Part shown: piece after piece, positions 31,785 through 32,719 of the stretch
Numbering within the stretch: position 1 is the stretch's first letter
Layout: each line of letters opens with the position of its first letter
Source: Desulfarculaceae bacterium
GTDB taxonomy: Bacteria > Desulfobacterota > Desulfobacteria > Desulfobacterales > Desulfobacteraceae
Direction of reading: 5' to 3'
Length of the DNA stretch: 32,719 bases
Assembly: GCA_021737205.1 (NCBI GenBank)
Contig: JAIPEK010000001.1
Coordinates: 1-32,719 of the forward strand
The notes under the pieces: model-generated
Seen by the model: only the letters and a program-made list of their open reading frames with translations
Told to the model about the DNA's origin: nothing
Databases searched by the model: none
Program-made: the position numbers and the translations under genes

Positions 31785-32719
31785 ATGAAAACCTTTTTCA
31801 ACCTGATACAGGAAATCCGGAAAAAGGAAAGATGCCACAAGTGCGGCGGATGCGTCACTTTCTGCTCCGCCATCAATTACGGGGCGCTCGCGCTTGACGA
31901 GGAAGGCAAGCCCTTCTACAAGGATATCGAGAAATGTATCGAATGCGGAATCTGCTACATGATCTGCCCTGAAACCCATGAACTGGATGAAGAAATCAGA
32001 AAAAAAGCCGAGTGGAGTTCTCCGGCCGGACGGATCATCAGCACTTCGGTGGCCCGGGCAAAAGACCTGATCATACGGGAAAACGGAACCGACGGGGGGG
32101 CAGTGACCGCCATGCTGCTCCATCTTTTTGATACGGGACGGATCAACGGCGCCGTGGTCTCCAAAACGACCGAGAAAGGAAGAACTCCCTGGCTCGCCAC
32201 CACCCGCGAGGAAATCATGGACTCGGCCGGCTCTCACTTTGACCATTCCCAGGGGATGCCGGCGTTTGCCGACACCTACTCCACCTTTTCCCCGTCCGTG
32301 AAGGCGCTCAAGGAATTGAGAAAGGAAGGGATCGAAAAGATCGCTTTTGTCGGAACTCCCTGCCAGATCAAAACGATCCGCAAAATGCAGGTTCTCGGGG
32401 TGGTACCCTCGGACACCATCCAGTTCTGTTTCGGGCTGTTCTGCTCCGGCAACTATATTTTTACCGGCGACAGGATCAAACAGATCGAAGAGAAGTTCAA
32501 TTTCCGCATGGAGGATGTGGAAAAAATCAATATAAAGGAAAACTTCCTTTTCAGCCTTTCCACCGGAGAACAAAGAGAGGTACCGCTCGAAGAGATGCAG
32601 CAGATCAAGCGCACAGCCTGTTCTTTCTGTGAGGATTTTTCAGCCGAATATGCCGACATCTCCTTCGGAGGCCTTGGAGCCGAACACGGCTGGACAACCG
32701 CAATCACCCGGACCCCGCT
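31785..32719 (+). CDS. FrhB/FdhB-family protein (coenzyme F420 hydrogenase/dehydrogenase beta-subunit-like) with an N-terminal 2x[4Fe-4S] ferredoxin domain; 3' end outside the window
   Basis: Absent from the ORF track because there is no stop before the window edge. RBS GAAGGAGGGG. My translation gives CHKCGGCVTFC ... CIECGICYMICP, then NGTDGGAVTAMLLHLFDTGRINGAVV, FVGTPCQIKTIRK, FGLFCSGN, CSFCEDFSAEYADISFGGLG, which are hallmark FrhB blocks. No in-frame stop across 311 codons. Confidence 0.8.
   Translation, partial: MKTFFNLIQEIRKKERCHKCGGCVTFCSAINYGALALDEEGKPFYKDIEKCIECGICYMICPETHELDEEIRKKAEWSSPAGRIISTSVARAKDLIIRENGTDGGAVTAMLLHLFDTGRINGAVVSKTTEKGRTPWLATTREEIMDSAGSHFDHSQGMPAFADTYSTFSPSVKALKELRKEGIEKIAFVGTPCQIKTIRKMQVLGVVPSDTIQFCFGLFCSGNYIFTGDRIKQIEEKFNFRMEDVEKINIKENFLFSLSTGEQREVPLEEMQQIKRTACSFCEDFSAEYADISFGGLGAEHGWTTAITRTP

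Noticed and set aside
31599-32573. 324-aa minus-strand ORF from the track
   Set aside because: It lies antisense to a plus-strand ORF with unmistakable FrhB/ferredoxin motifs and a strong RBS. Its own translation is low-complexity with no recognisable motifs, so it is a shadow ORF.
1-32719. Search for mobile elements, prophage, toxin-antitoxin or known defence-system genes, and for tRNA or rRNA
   Set aside because: None of the translated ORFs shows transposase, integrase, recombinase, nuclease-ATPase defence or phage structural motifs. No intergenic region has tRNA-like T-arm or acceptor features. This was done by eye and cannot exclude small or novel elements.

Overview
This is a 32.7 kb chromosomal segment with about 30 protein-coding genes, tightly packed on both strands. 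I found no rRNA, tRNA, CRISPR array, transposase, integrase or prophage genes. The gene content (feoAB, nifUS-type Fe-S assembly, a Tat-exported DUF362 protein with a NapH-like polyferredoxin, an FrhB-like subunit, SatP, aconitase, malic enzyme) suggests an anaerobic, possibly sulfate-reducing Desulfobacterota-like bacterium. That placement is inference only.

Gene order, left to right:
- A GT4 glycosyltransferase (5' partial) overlapping a radical SAM gene.
- A Cache-HAMP sensor with no output domain, followed by an orphan PstS-like binding protein fused to a peptidoglycan-binding domain.
- A Cys-depleted DksA paralog.
- A minus-strand cluster: PrmA-like methyltransferase, sulfotransferase, GT4, DUF2334 deacetylase-like.
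- A GGDEF, DUF362, polyferredoxin operon.
- feoAB, with a divergent FeoB-associated Cys-rich mini-gene (missed by the ORF track) and an EamA transporter.
- nifU-nifS.
- A satP, secreted Cache, Zn-ribbon operon.
- maeA, mfd, an AsmA-like gene and a DUF2400 gene.
- dat, acnA, a small basic secreted protein, and an FrhB-like gene that runs off the 3' edge (also absent from the ORF track).

I recognise no canonical defence or mobile system. The most unusual structures are:
- A roughly 100-nt compound-hairpin repeat in three same-orientation copies (near 5.8, 9.1 and 18.9 kb), each lying 5' of a minus-strand gene. One copy supplies the stop codon of a gene.
- Two heptanucleotide tandem arrays.
- Several orphan sensory or redox modules whose partners are not obvious.

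Most long ORFs in the track that lie antisense to the genes above are artefacts.
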